From Octopus sinensis (lineage: Eukaryota): a stretch of 64,000 nucleotides of DNA. Under the pieces are notes generated by a model. It had not been told where the DNA came from and ran no database searches. It saw nothing but the letters and a program-made list of their open reading frames with translations. Below, piece by piece: positions 28,121 through 41,341 of the stretch. The position numbers were made by a program, and so were the translations under genes. The stretch spans positions 80,910,001-80,974,000 of the forward strand of contig NC_042998.1 in assembly GCF_006345805.1 (NCBI RefSeq), in the 5' to 3' direction. How positions within the stretch are numbered: position 1 is the stretch's first letter; every line of letters begins with the position of its first letter.

Positions 28121-28958
28121 ATGTATATATCTGCTTAGCGCTATTTCGTTTGTCTTTATGTTCTGAGTTCAAACTCCGCCATGGTCGACTTTGCCTTTCA
28201 TCCTTTCGGGGTCGATAAATTAAACACCGGTTGCGTACTGGGGTCGATCTAATCGACTGCCCCCTTCCTCCCCCAAAATTTCGGGCCTTGTGCGTAGAGT
28301 AGAAAAGAATATGAGATATCCCATCATCCATTTACTCTAAGCTCCACTTAGACACTATGGCTTGGCTCTATAACCCGCTGAAATAGCTATTGCATCGAAA
28401 AAGTGACGTATAATTTACCAACTAGCAGAGCACTTGCGTCCTACTGATCCCGCACAAGGAATTAAATGCTACAACTTGACGGTAACATAAAAGAGATAAT
28501 CTTTTATTCTCCATCTTTTTTACTTGCTGTGTTTGGGGGATAGAGCAGAACCCATAACTATTGCAGCTTCACCGGTAGGATAAGTGAAAGAGATGCCGTT
28601 AATGTTCCGTTAAAATTATTGCAGCTGGTTACTACAGGTAATCATCTGCAATAATTTAGTTTTAGTCAGTAATAGTGAGTATGTGCTAATTATATTGGCG
28701 AGCTGTCCACGAAGGAAATGTCTTCGTAAATCGGACACAATAATTCAATTTAATGTTTAGGTCACAAAATAGCGTGCCAATGACAGGTTACGAATGATAG
28801 ATCAGGTACGTCTTAATTATGACTTAATTCAGTCGCTGTTACTACTCAATATTGCTTGCTAGAGCACTTTCACACTGATGTCAGGGGTTCATCAATTACT
28901 GTTTTTGTCAGTAAATTTATTTCATAAACAGAAAATAAACAATTCTTATTTGATAGAT

Positions 28959-28959
<1 letters not shown>

Positions 28960-28989
<30 letters not shown>

Positions 28990-28995
28990 ACAGTG

Positions 28996-29034
<39 letters not shown>

Positions 29035-29080
29035 TCAATAATTAATAATGATGATGATGATAATAATGATAATATTAACG

Positions 29081-29117
<37 letters not shown>

Positions 29118-29206
29118 TAATAATATAATAATAATAATAATAATGATAATAATAATAATAACAGTAATTAATAATGATGATGATAATAATGATAATAATA
29201 ATAACG

Positions 29207-29246
<40 letters not shown>

Positions 29247-29330
29247 TAATAATAATAATAATAGTAATAATAATAATAACAGTAATTAATAATGATGATG
29301 ATGATGATGATAATAATGATAATATTAACG

Positions 29331-29383
<53 letters not shown>

Positions 29384-29400
29384 TATTATTATTATTATAA
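28960..29400. repeat. (AAT/GAT/AAC)n compound microsatellite with ~120-bp higher-order units
   Basis: ATTAATAATGATGATGAT...AACGATAAT recurs at about 29041, 29167 and 29285. Confidence 0.85.
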
Positions 29401-30414
29401 TAAGGAAAAACAAAGTAGGTGTGAAGATTACAAACAAATGAATATAACTATTGTGTTAGTTTGTAATTGCTCGGTCGTGATATATTCCATTGTTCTTGGC
29501 CGGACGGAAAGAAAATAATTATGCAATTCTTTATTGAGATATCACCCTATAATTCAATTTGGACATAATATGAAATTACTCTTTCGGTCAATTTAGATGA
29601 AAAGTCATTCCTAGATTAGTCAACCAAGAATCAAATTTCATAAATTACAGAATATTGTTCACTTTACTGTCAAAAGTTTCCCCACACATAGTCTAATATA
29701 GATCATAGGGAAAAGAATAATTAAGTCCAATTCACTATGTACACAGACATTAGGAAGGTATTTTCTCAATTATTTTAACTTTCGATGTGTGGCAGTATCA
29801 ACAGAGCGATCTAATCGATTATGTTATCCCTCAACATTTGTGATTTTCTGCTTTACTGCAAAGATGGTGGAGTGACAGAAAAAACTTCCAAGTTCTGAAG
29901 TTACCTGCAATATTCGCCTGCTAAATAGCGAGTCGAAGAAAATATCATATACACATAAATGTCTACATAAAGTTATCAATAAACTGCAGGAATTTTATTT
30001 GAAATGTTTACAAAATATACGAGGCACATTTAATTCACCTTTAATTACTTCCTCCACCTCTATAGACATTCCTCGCGTAGTTGTGCGTATTATTTAAGCT
30101 GCAAGTATTGTTTGAGTAATTTGTTACTCTATATAATACGCCTTCTAATTAAGAATTCATTGCAATTTTCATCTCATAAATAATGAAATATTCGATGGTA
30201 CAGCGTATGGCTTTCAAAACACTACGTCTATCGTTTGTCTGTTATCTATTGTTCTTGTTTATTATATCTTGTTAATTTTAATTTCGCTTGTCGCTTAATA
30301 TAAATTGTTTGGCTTATATCTATATATTATATTTAGGTATGAAGACTAGTACAGGGTATGTATAAATGGCTCTATAGGTACGTAGGTGCATGCATGCGTT
30401 TATGTGTGCGCGTG

Positions 30415-31228
30415 TACATATTGTCGGCCTTCGGATCACCTGGTTCAGCCGTCTCTGGATTTCATCCAACAGGTGGTCAGTTGGTTTCAAATCCAGGTTG
30501 AGAGCCGGCCATGACATGGTTCCGATGTTGGGCTGACGTAGGATGTCCTTCGTGACCCTCGCCGTGTGGGAGGGAGCATTGTCCCGCTCGAACACGTGGC
30601 GCGAAAAAAGGCATGCTAGGAGGTCTTAGGATCTGGTCAACGTAAGCTGCACTGTGAAGCCATTCCCTCTGCCTGCACCCATATTTTGGAACACATGGTA
30701 CTCTATTCTCTGATTCAGGCCTGTTGCTTTGGCCACCCCACGCATCTCTCCATGACACATGCGTCTTTATAGCGTTCACCCCTCCTACGCCACATCCTCA
30801 CTCTGCCATCCGAGTTGGAAACGCCGTAGCGGTTCTTGTCAGAGAAGACTATTGACCACCATTTTTCATACCGCCAATGTTGGTTCTGTGTAGCCCACTG
30901 TAGTCGTGCCTGATAGTGACGGACGGTGAGGATAAGCCCTCGACCAGGACGACTACAGCGCAGGTTGTTGGCAGCCAGTCGACATCATATCGTGTCGTCA
31001 CTTACGGGTCGCTGTCCAGTGCTAGTGATTTCGCGAGCTGTCACACTGGCTGGTCTGAAGCGATCACGGAAGTGTTGCAGGTGGATGAAGGGGTCCTGCT
31101 TGGGTGTGGCCATCCGGGGGCGCCTTTTGTGGGCACGGTCTGCAGTGCTGTTGATGCTGTTGTGTCGCTCTTGCAGGCGATAAATGGTGCTGACATGGAC
31201 ATTGTAATTTTTTGCAAGCACGCTGCCC
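30415..31228 (-). mobile_element. Decayed Tc1 (DD34E-type) transposase
   Basis: HTH region VSTIYRLQERH...RPRMATPKQD, FERDNAPSHTARVT and WPALNLDLKPTDHLLDEIQRRL. Confidence 0.85.
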
Positions 31229-32961
31229 TGGACTGAGCACTACCTCGAACTGTATGCTACACAGAATGTCGTCACAGACTCGGCCCTCAACGCTATCCCA
31301 GTCCTACCGGTTATGAATGAACTAGACTCTCCACCCACACTGGAAGAGCTCAGCAAGGCAATCGACACATTAGCCTGTGGCAAGGCTCCCGGGAACGATG
31401 GCAACCCATCAGAAATCCTCAAATGTGGGAAACCTGCACTGCTACACTCCCTGCATGATTTACTCTGCCTCTGCTGGGAACATGGTCATATACCGCAAGA
31501 CATGAGAGACGCTAAAATCGTCACCCTGTACAAAAACAAAGGTGATCGCAGCGACTGCAACAACTACAGGGGTATCTCTCTACTCAGTGTAGTCGGTAAA
31601 GCCTGCGCACGAGTCACACTAGCGCGTCTACAAACATTGGCATACCGTGTTTACTCGGAGTCACGGTGTGGTTTCAGAGCAGGACGATCCACAGTGGACA
31701 TGATATTCTCACTACGACAACTGCACGAGAAGTGCCTAGAACAATAGATGCCTCTCTATATAGCCTTCATTGACCTCACCAAGGCATTTGATCTCGTCAG
31801 CAGGAATGGACTCTTTACACTTCTACAAAAGATAGGATGCCCACTGCACCTGCTCAAAGTGATAACCTCATTCCACGACAACATGCACAGCACTGTCTGC
31901 TACAACGGCACAACATCGGAAGCCTTCCCAGTCAACAGCGGAGTGATACAAGGTTGTGCTCTCGCACCAACACTCTTCGGAATATTCTTCTCGCTGCTCC
32001 TACAGTTTGCTTTTAAGACCAGCAAGGAGGGAGTCTACATCCACACCAGGTGCGACGGCAAGCTTTTCAACATCGCCCGTCTACGAGCCAAAACCAAAGT
32101 GGCTAAGGTACTCATTCGAGAGATGCTCTTCGCAGATGACGCAGCACTGACGTCACACACAGAAGCTGGGCTCCAAGAATTTGTGAGCTGTATGTCCCAT
32201 GGTGCAGTGCGCAGAGCATAACCCATCAATCTGCATAGATGGCTACAACCTAGCAGTGGTCGACAACTTCACTTATCTCGCGTCCACTATATCCAACTCT
32301 GTGTCCATCAACACAGAGGTTACGAGCAGAATCGGTAAGGCAACAGTGGTAATGGCCAAGCTTAACAAACGGGTATGGAACAACACCAGTCTTACTCAGA
32401 ATACTAAACTGAGAATTTACCGAGCATGCGTACTGAGCATACTGTTGTACGGAAGCGAGACACCTAAGGTGCCTGCGGCGCATTCTCCATATCAAATGGC
32501 AGGACAGGATCACTAATACAGAGGTTTTGGACCGTGACAACATGTACAGCATGCAAACATCACTCTGCGAGAGGCGTCTTCGGTGGCTAGGTCATGTCAG
32601 CCGAATGGATGCAGGACGGATTCCAAAGGACCTACTGTACGGACAGCTAGCGGAAGGCTCCAGAACAATGGGGCGCCCTAAACTGCGCTTCAAGGATATC
32701 TGCAAGAAGGACCTAAAGCTATGCCAGATCAACACCCAAACGTGGGAATCCGCCGCTGCCAACAGAAGCGCCTGGCGACACAGTGTCAAGCACGGTGCCA
32801 TGACTAAAGAGAACCAGGCGAAAGAAGCAGCAGCAGCAACCACAGCTCGCATCCCTTTTCACTTGTACCAGATGTGGTAGAGACTGCCACTCGATGATTG
32901 GTCTGCACAGCCACACCAGGAAGTGCAGATAAACCCACCACCTTTTCCGAGCTACACCATC
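31229..32961 (+). mobile_element. 5'-truncated RTE (BovB-like) LINE, RT domain with stops and small deletions
   Basis: KAPGNDG, YKNKGDRSDCNNYRGISLLS, CGFRAGRSTVDMIFSLRQL, AFIDLTKAFDLVSR, GVIQGCALAPTLF, LFADDAAL and RRLRWLGHVSRM. Confidence 0.95.
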
Positions 32962-33229
32962 GTTTCTAACCTAGATCCAAAGCTCCTTCTTTGGAATTTC
33001 AACAACACCAACAGAGTATGTATGTATGTAGTATGTATGTATGTATGTATGTATGTATGTATGTATGTATGTATGTATGTATGTATGTATGTATATATGC
33101 ATGTATGTATGTATGTATGTATGTATCTATATCTCTCTCTCTCTATATAATAAATTAATAAATAAAACATATGCATATATACATACATATATGTACTACC
33201 TACCTCTACATGTATATATACATGCATAT

Positions 33230-33790
33230 ATGGGTACAGGACATAAAAAAAACGTCGAACACAATGAGAAACGAAAACATAAACACAAAACCAAGGAACT
33301 GGATATTTTTCTTAAACAACGAACAGATAGAGTACAGGACAAATAACACAAGGAAAATTCTCCTTCTTCAGTCGCCATGGTTTCATCTACTCTGCGTTTC
33401 GAAGGTGAAAACGATACGCATCTTCGATAGAAACTTTCCTTCCCGCGAAAAGCAAATTAAATAAGATTTGAGATCTTTTTGCGGAGGGGTGAAAATTGTA
33501 ATAAAAACAAGACAGTAACGACAGTACAAAATATAAACAGTAAAAGACAGGACAAGGAGAATAACAAGACAAGAAGGGCTGTTAAGCCGAATGAGATAAA
33601 GTGTTACGAACTCTATTTTTTTAGAACGGCGAAGGAGCAACAGAAAATGCCGTCTACACTTCAAGGACGCCAGGCCAGAAAGGCAGTAGCAGAGCTCTCG
33701 TCGCGGGCCAACGACGGGAGGGAGGAGGAGTAGCAAGAGAAAGGGAGAGAAAAAAGGGAATGGTTGTGAGGAAACCAGAAAGAATGAAGG
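33230..33790 (-). mobile_element. Probable Penelope-like terminal repeat
   Basis: Layout resembles 57330-57700, with a degenerate CTTCGAAACG motif on the minus strand. Confidence 0.4.
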
Positions 33791-34609
33791 CTGAGAAAGG
33801 GAGGGACAGAAAGGTTAAGAGTGCGCATCATATATATATATATATAATATATATATATATAATATATATATATATAAGAAGCGAAAATACATGTATATAT
33901 ATATATAGATATGTATATATAAATCTATATTTAAATATATATATATATATATTCACACACACACACACACACACACACACCACACACACACACACACACA
34001 TACACACACATATATATTTATATATATATATGTTTTTATTCATGTATGTTTACATTTACAGAAATACATATGCAAACATTATTTGTGTGTGCGAGTGAGT
34101 ATGTATGACTGTGTGTGTGTGTGTGAGAGAGAGTGTGTGCACATGTGTAATAGGCTTACTCCTTTGAGCTCGTAACACAGGTTTACCGGTGGATGGCTTA
34201 TTTTTCTCTATACCGTAGCACTGCTGTAGCAGTAGTCTGGATGCCAAGTATATGGTCTAATAAGGTTCAGGAGGTCAGGGCTCAAATGGCTAATTTCAAT
34301 ATTCTGGAATAATAGTAAAATCGATAGGTCAGTAGAGGTTATATTTAATCTTTTTAATCTAAAGCTCGAATTTACGTGCATCGGGTAAAAAAAATTTTTT
34401 CAGTATGTTCATATTTTTTCCGACGTCTTCAGACAACAGCTATAGTGTGATTTTGTATTTTGCTGCCTTACTTAGTAAAGTATTGCACTGCACCAATCGC
34501 AAATTGATATATTTAAATTGAATGAATACATAAGTAAATACACAGAATTATATTACGATGAAAGTAAACAAAGTTTACTTTAGAAGCATTAAGATGTATT
34601 GAAAGATAA

Positions 34610-34756
34610 ATGTGTCATCGGCCAGCCATGAGACTCGAACTCACATCCCTGTGATTACGCGTAGCAGTGCTTTACCTTTAAGCTAAACTGACCCAGCACT
34701 GAGATGCGTAATCACAGGTATGTGAGTTCGAGTCTCAAGGCCGGTTGCCGACACAT
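34610..34756. repeat. tRNA-derived fold-back: full cloverleaf (34620-34693, -) plus an inverted 3' part (34695-34756, +)
   Basis: Minus strand gives acceptor GGTCAGT/GCTGGCC, D arm GCTT/AAGC and T arm GTGAG-TTCGAGT-CTCAT, with CGT at the anticodon position. 62-bp imperfect arms surround a 23-nt loop. Confidence 0.8.
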
Positions 34757-35932
34757 TTTTCTGCAAAATATGAGTAGTTTATCCTGTACATGCTATATTA
34801 TTAGCATTATCCTACGTTCGAGAAAAATATTATTTCTTTATCTTACAGAATTATATATTTAATAGTAGGAGAAATAGAGTTGTTCAGTAATAAAATAATT
34901 TAAAGGCATTCCAATGAAAAATGAAGAAAAAAACTTTATGTTAGTGCGTTGCTTGCATTTTTAATGCATGGACAATTAAGAAGCTCAAACTTGTATAAGT
35001 TCCGTGATGGCTCCGTTCTCTGCTTCTTGTATAAAACTGAGATGTTATTGTCTAGTTTCATTTCCTTGCTAGCTTTCTGCCGAACATAGAAATATATCTT
35101 TGTCATCTTTTAGTGAGTATTATTTGATGATTCCTTTTCATTTCCTCTTATTCTATGTTCTTGCCTTCCTTTTAACGCAAATATCTATTATTTTGTGTTC
35201 TATGAATAGCTACCATTTTGAATCTCTCTGTCTACATATGTATGGAGAATAGCTGGTTGAAATGTAATTTAGAATGACCAAGCAAGACTTGTTTGTTTTG
35301 ACGTGAAGCAAGTGATAACACGCATTCCGAACACTCTTCCCGAAACAAGGGAAAAATCTGAATGTAGTTTTAAACTTTTAGCTCGTAGAATAGTAAGCTA
35401 ATACCTTGTGGGAAGTTAAATAAAAGAAACTGTAGTATTCATTGAATTTGTTGCCATTTTCTTCTCACTGTCTGTCTTGTTAGGATCATTTAATCATTGT
35501 TTAAACTAAACATCCCACCCTTTTCAGGATATCAAATTACAACCACTGTCCATCGGATTTAAGACAATTTAAGACTGTTATTTAGTCAAAGCTTCAGTGA
35601 TTCTATACAGTCTATGACACGTGGCAAATGTGCTACGTCACAAACCGTCATAAATAACGGGTTATGGAAATCATCTGTACATATTCTTGCACATACATTG
35701 CAAATCCTCAAAATTATATCTGTCTTGTTGTTCGCAAATGCATTGTGGCTATAGGTGCGGTAAACATCGGCTACGGTACATGAATAAAATCTATTATCTC
35801 AAATTGGAGTGCAGTGTATTACATACACCCTTCCCCACACGTATAAGTGTGTGTGTGTGCATATATATGTACGTATTTCTGTATCTATCTATCTATCTGT
35901 ATGTATATATATATGTTTAGTATAAATGCACA

Positions 35933-36302
35933 CGAAGCGCCTACCTGCTTGAAAGTGGAGTTAAAATCCTCAGTTACATCACCAATGACACTGAAATAAT
36001 TAACAGATAACAACAGTTGTCGGGTGAACTGGTAAAGAATTTAAACATACTATAACAGCTTAATGCTATATAGGTTTGGCATTTAGATACACTTGCATCA
36101 TGATTTCGTGTTCTAGCGAAAAAGCCTTTGCACTCTTCAGCAAGTTTTACCAAGTGAAAAAATTCAACTTGACCCGTTGAAATTAGCTGGCGTTCTGAAT
36201 TACTTTGCGCCAAAATCAGAACAGCTTCAGTGTAAACTTAGTAAGGTGTCATTGGTAGTTTAGGTGAGGTTTTAACTCCACTTCTAGCAGATAGGCGCCT
36301 CG
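35933..36302 (-). mobile_element. Mariner-type MITE or internal-deletion derivative
   Basis: ~60-bp imperfect TIRs (CGAAGCGCCTACCTGC... / ...GCAGATAGGCGCCTCG|TA) and a short minus-strand ORF (MAQSNSERQLI...). Confidence 0.55.
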
Positions 36303-37096
36303 TATCTAACGCTATTTAGCGCTGCAACCACCTATATTAAATCGAGCTTTAGATTAAAAAGATTAAATAAACCTCTACTGACCTATCGATTTTACTATTA
36401 TTCCAGAATATTGAAATTAGCCATTTGAGCCCTAACCTCCTGAACCTTATTTGATCATATACTTGGCTTCCAGATGGCCTCTAGTGCTGCAGCAGTGCTA
36501 CGGTATTATTTATTATTTATATTTATCACAGATGATAACAATAATAACATCTATATAAATATTAGCTTCTGAATATATACACACATATATATATATATAT
36601 GCTAAGCCACAGGTTTTAATTGGCTAGTATCAATTTATACCCTCATTATTTAATTTTTAAATAAGAATGTTCTCTAACCGGTAAATTAGCTGCTGAAATT
36701 TATTAACTGCAGAGTTAGTTCCGGCCTCAGCGCGCCAAAATGAAGACATTTGAAAAATACCCCTAAATATAATTTGCAGGACTTTTTACATGCTCTCTTT
36801 CGGGTGAGCGTTCTGTGTCTAGTTCTGGAAATTGTGTTTTGTAAGCGACGGACTACGCTGATGAGGTTGCAGATATTTACATTTGTAAATATTAACAAGC
36901 GAAACCATGTTACGTAGGTTATCGTTTTTTTTTTATTTCGTATATTTTCATTTGTCTTGCTCATTTTTACATTCTGGCGTTTTGCTGAATTTATTCTTGA
37001 AACCACACTCTTCGTAGTAATGGCGATTTGACGTCTATATTTAGCATATTAGGAGTCCATTTCTGTGGTCATTCCTCTTAATTGTGTATATACACG

Positions 37097-37225
<129 letters not shown>

Positions 37226-37241
37226 CATACATAAATACATA

Positions 37242-37819
37242 CAGCGTGCGATGGGTAAATTGTCGCCATTCTATATTTTAAATTTATGCGCATTTGATAT
37301 TGATTTTGTCGACTACACGATATAGTAGTCTCAGTGGGCACAGTCTGTGAGAAAAACAGCAGCATGACTTAATTCGCTCTGCCAGAAATTTTGAAACGGA
37401 AAGTTGTACTGCATAGCATTCGCAACGGAATCTCCCCTACGAACAATTCAAAGTGATGTGGGTCAATCCGAATCCCCAAAACATATCATGCCTGTCAGAC
37501 AATTTCTGCGACCATATCACCTCTAACGTCATGTCACCTAACTCCTCAGACTGCAACCCACTTGATTATTATATATGGGGCGCAGTTGAGCGAGAGACCA
37601 GCAAAAATCCTTGTAACACCAAAGGCAATGATTATGGCAGCATTGACCGACTTAAACAAGGAGACCGTCCAGAAGAGTTGCAGAAGATTCCGAAGTCGTT
37701 TAGAGGCTGTGGCTGAAGCAAATGGCGATTTTATTGAATAAATTTACTCTTTAGTATTTGAAGATATTTTTATGTAAATTTGGTAAATATATCTGTTAAA
37801 ATGAGTTCACCGCACCCTG
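37242..37819 (+). mobile_element. Internally deleted maT element with both ends
   Basis: TA|CAGCGTGCG ... CGCACCCTG|TA. The N-terminal stub is joined to SDNFCDHIT...SSDCNPLDYYIWGAVER. A further left-end fragment is at about 37980-38007. Confidence 0.85.
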
Positions 37820-38420
37820 TATACACACAAGCACACACACATGTGTGTGTGTGTGCATAAAGGTGTGTGCCCACCACACCACACATACTCGCACACATGT
37901 ATATACGTATATATGTATATATATATAGATATATACCTAAATATATATATATACAGAGAGAGAGCGAGAGAGCGAGAGAGCGTGCGATGGGTAAGTTGTC
38001 GCCATTTATACATGTGTGTGTGTTTGTAAGTAGAGTTCTCTATTTAGATTTGACAATCTGGCCCATCTAGAAGTAGAGCAAAACATCTCACTGTTCCAAC
38101 TACCACCATAACGTCGTTATTGATGGAAGTGACATACAGAACTCGCTTCCTCTACACCTTTCAACAATCCCCTTTCAATGACTGCCTGTAGAGATTCTAT
38201 CGACTAAGCTCAGCTAGAGCACACCGTTTACATTGCATGCCGTTGGTTTTTAGTATTTTTTAGAAATTTAGTAAAAGTAATGTGACAGCTTTTATTAACG
38301 TGACTATCTGATAAATTTATGCACATAAAGCTCTTGACCATTGAGTCATTTATGTTATATTCTGCTAAGTAAAGATGGTATTTTCCCCATAAGATATACA
38401 TACATACATACATACATACA

Positions 38421-38866
38421 TTGCAGTTACTCTATCCAGATTACAAATTCTGTTTTATACTGAAATTAGTGGGGCCCTGGGATATATAACACACTGCTTA
38501 AATACCAGTCTTGAGAAATAAGACTTCTCAAAACGAGGAAGGAGAAAGCTAATTCGAAGACTACAGATCCAATCCATCACTGGGACTGTAAAAATCTGTC
38601 AAACTTTCCAGAAGTTTATCATTTAGATATATATGAGCATGTCAGGATAAGCAACTATATGCATGAGAATACATACATAAAACATACAAATCTGCACAAA
38701 GATAGATAGATAGATTGATAGAAAACTACATACATACATACATACATACATACATACAAAAGTACCCTGTTGTTGATGTTGAAATACCAATGAAGAAGCC
38801 TTGGATCTAGGTTAGAAACCGGTTCGTTCTCTATTGGCAAGAAATCTTGAAATAAACTGAATAATG
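38421..38866 (+). mobile_element. 5'-truncated RLE-type LINE flanked by (CATA)n
   Basis: LQLLYPDYKF...GALGY...LIRRLQIQSITGTVKICQTFQKFII*, a typical RLE C-terminus. The 3' UTR ends AATAAACTGAATAATG|ACATACATAC. Confidence 0.75.
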
Positions 38867-39496
38867 ACATACATACACTCGCTCACATAAAACACACACA
38901 CACATATAACTGTATGTGTGTATATGATAAAATGAAATTCGTTTTCATTGGGATTTAAGCTTTATCTGATCGTTTATTCAGTGAGAATTCAGGCGAAAAG
39001 TAATGTCCCCAGTCGAAAAGAATTTTGCATTAAATTCGATTCTCTTTCCCCCTCTGTGTGTGTGTGTGTCTGCCTGTATGTCTGTGTGTCTGTCAGTGTG
39101 TCTGTCTGTCTGTTTGTGTCTCTCACCATATCTCTCTTTCTTATATGCTTATATATCGTCATGTATGCATATGCATATACTTGTATATAAAGTGTTTCCG
39201 ATTTACTGCTCTAACCACATATATGATGAAATATTTCCATCAATTTCTTCATAGTTTGAAATGCTTTAGCTGAGGAGGTTTTAGGCAAGGCATGCATTTC
39301 CTATTATATATATCACGATATATCACGCAAACCTAAAATGTAGGTATTAAATAATTTCAAAATGTCACTATTTGGTTTGACTCCATTATTATAACTTCTA
39401 CAACTTGATGCCAGTACAAACTATCCGGTCTAGACCTCACTTATGCGGATACTCTAACAACAGTTTGGATTAGTGTGTAGTATTTGACTCGAGCAG

Positions 39497-40033
39497 ATAG
39501 ACTGATAGAAAGATAGATGCAAATAGGCCAGACATCATATTGAAAGACTTCAGACAAAGAAAATGCCTCCTCATTGATATGACTGTCCCAATCGATATAA
39601 ACGTATCAGTCAAGACCTACCAAAAACTGAGCAAATATAAAGATCTTGAAATAGAAATCAGCAAAATGTGGAACCTGAAGACTAAAACAATACCTGTTGT
39701 CATAGGTTCCCTGGGAATGATAGCAAAAGGGGCTGATTGCTACCTAACTCAGATACCAGGAAACCCTAAAATGGCAGAAATTCAAAAGATAGTGCTCATG
39801 GGAACTGCTCATATCCTACGCAAAATACGTTCTATGTAATCTCAAGTTTTAAAACAAACATAATTTTCGTATGTTTTTTTTTAGACATTCACTAGTACAA
39901 CACTAAATACAAAACCAAATATATGGCACACTGGGCATAACAACAACATGAACTTCCAACCTGTTGTCTATTGAGGTCTCTGGGTGAGACTTGGAGCCAA
40001 CTTGTACAAATATAAAGCAAAAGTCAAACATAG
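39497..40033 (+). mobile_element. R4/Dong-like LINE 3' fragment (family 2) with (AAT)n tail
   Basis: TDRKIDANRPDII-KD...LLIDMTVP...KYKDLEIEISKMWNLKTKTIPVVIGSLG...GTAHILRK. Confidence 0.9.
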
Positions 40034-40081
40034 AATAATAATAATAATAATATTAATAATAATAATAATAATAATAATATG

Positions 40082-40142
<61 letters not shown>

Positions 40143-40185
40143 TGATAATAATAATAATAATAGTAATAATAATAATAATAATAAC

Positions 40186-40255
<70 letters not shown>

Positions 40256-40837
40256 GTGAATACAAAAGACTCCATGACAATGTGACAACAATGATCCATT
40301 GGGAGCTCTGTGGAAATCACAGCCTACAAAGACGCGATATGGGCAAACTTCAGAAGGAGTTAGCGAAAATGAAAATTGAAAAATCTTGTAGGATGCAATC
40401 ATCCATTGCGTTCACCCGACCAGACATAGGAAACCGGACATTGTTGTGGTGAATAAAAAAGAAAGAACATGTATGATACGCGACGTAGCATGCTCCGGTG
40501 ACAACAGGATCAATGTGAAAGAAGAAGAAAAAAATGCAACTACGAAGATTTAAAGTAGGAAATACGAAGGTTATGGTCAATGAAGAGAGTAGACGTGATA
40601 CCAATAGTAATTGGTGCACTTGGAAGTATCAGCATTCAGCTACCAACATGGCTGAAAAAGACTGGTGCAAGTGTGAAGGCAGAACACCTAAAAAAATCAG
40701 CATTGTATGGAACTGCAAGAATTCTTCGCAGGGTTTTTGAAGCATGACAAATTAACAAGTGTCACTTTGACTGTGGACAGCTGTCACTTTCCATCATACC
40801 GAGCAAAATAAGCTGTGAGGTTTCATATAATAATCAA
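40256..40837 (+). mobile_element. R4/Dong-like LINE 3' fragment (family 3) between two (AAT)n tracts
   Basis: EYKRLHDNV...IHWELC, HRKPDIVVVNK...DVAC, VIPIVIGALG and GTARILRRV. Confidence 0.88.
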
Positions 40838-40886
<49 letters not shown>

Positions 40887-40983
40887 TACCTGTGAATTTG
40901 CGTGTGTAATCTCTGCCCTAGGTGTACGGAAAACACCCGGCGAGAAATGGAAGAAAATTTCAAGAAAGAAAGAAAAAATGCAC

Positions 40984-41040
<57 letters not shown>

Positions 41041-41268
41041 TAATAATAATAATAATAATAAATAATAATAATAATCCAAGGAAAGATTATAATAATAATT
41101 ATTATTACTCTCTCTCTCGATTGTAATAATCCAAGGATGCAATTCATAAATATTTAAAATATTATTAGATTAATTATTCATATATTAAAATATTTATGAA
41201 TACCAGACCTGGATTATTATTATTATCATCATCATCATGACCACCACCACCACCACCACCATCATCAT

Positions 41269-41340
<72 letters not shown>

Positions 41341-41341
<1 letters not shown>

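Larger units (their letters stand above)
34213..36503. mobile_element. ~2.3-kb element bounded by ~160-bp inverted repeats and TA dinucleotides
   Basis: TA|CCGTAGCACTGC... at 34211 and ...GCAGTGCTACGG|TA at 36505. The arms at about 34213-34370 and 36338-36503 are reverse complements. Confidence 0.6.

Noticed and set aside
34620-34693. Functional tRNA-Thr(CGT) gene
   Set aside because: The anticodon stem is mispaired in this copy, there is G at position 33, and it is embedded in a fold-back repeat.
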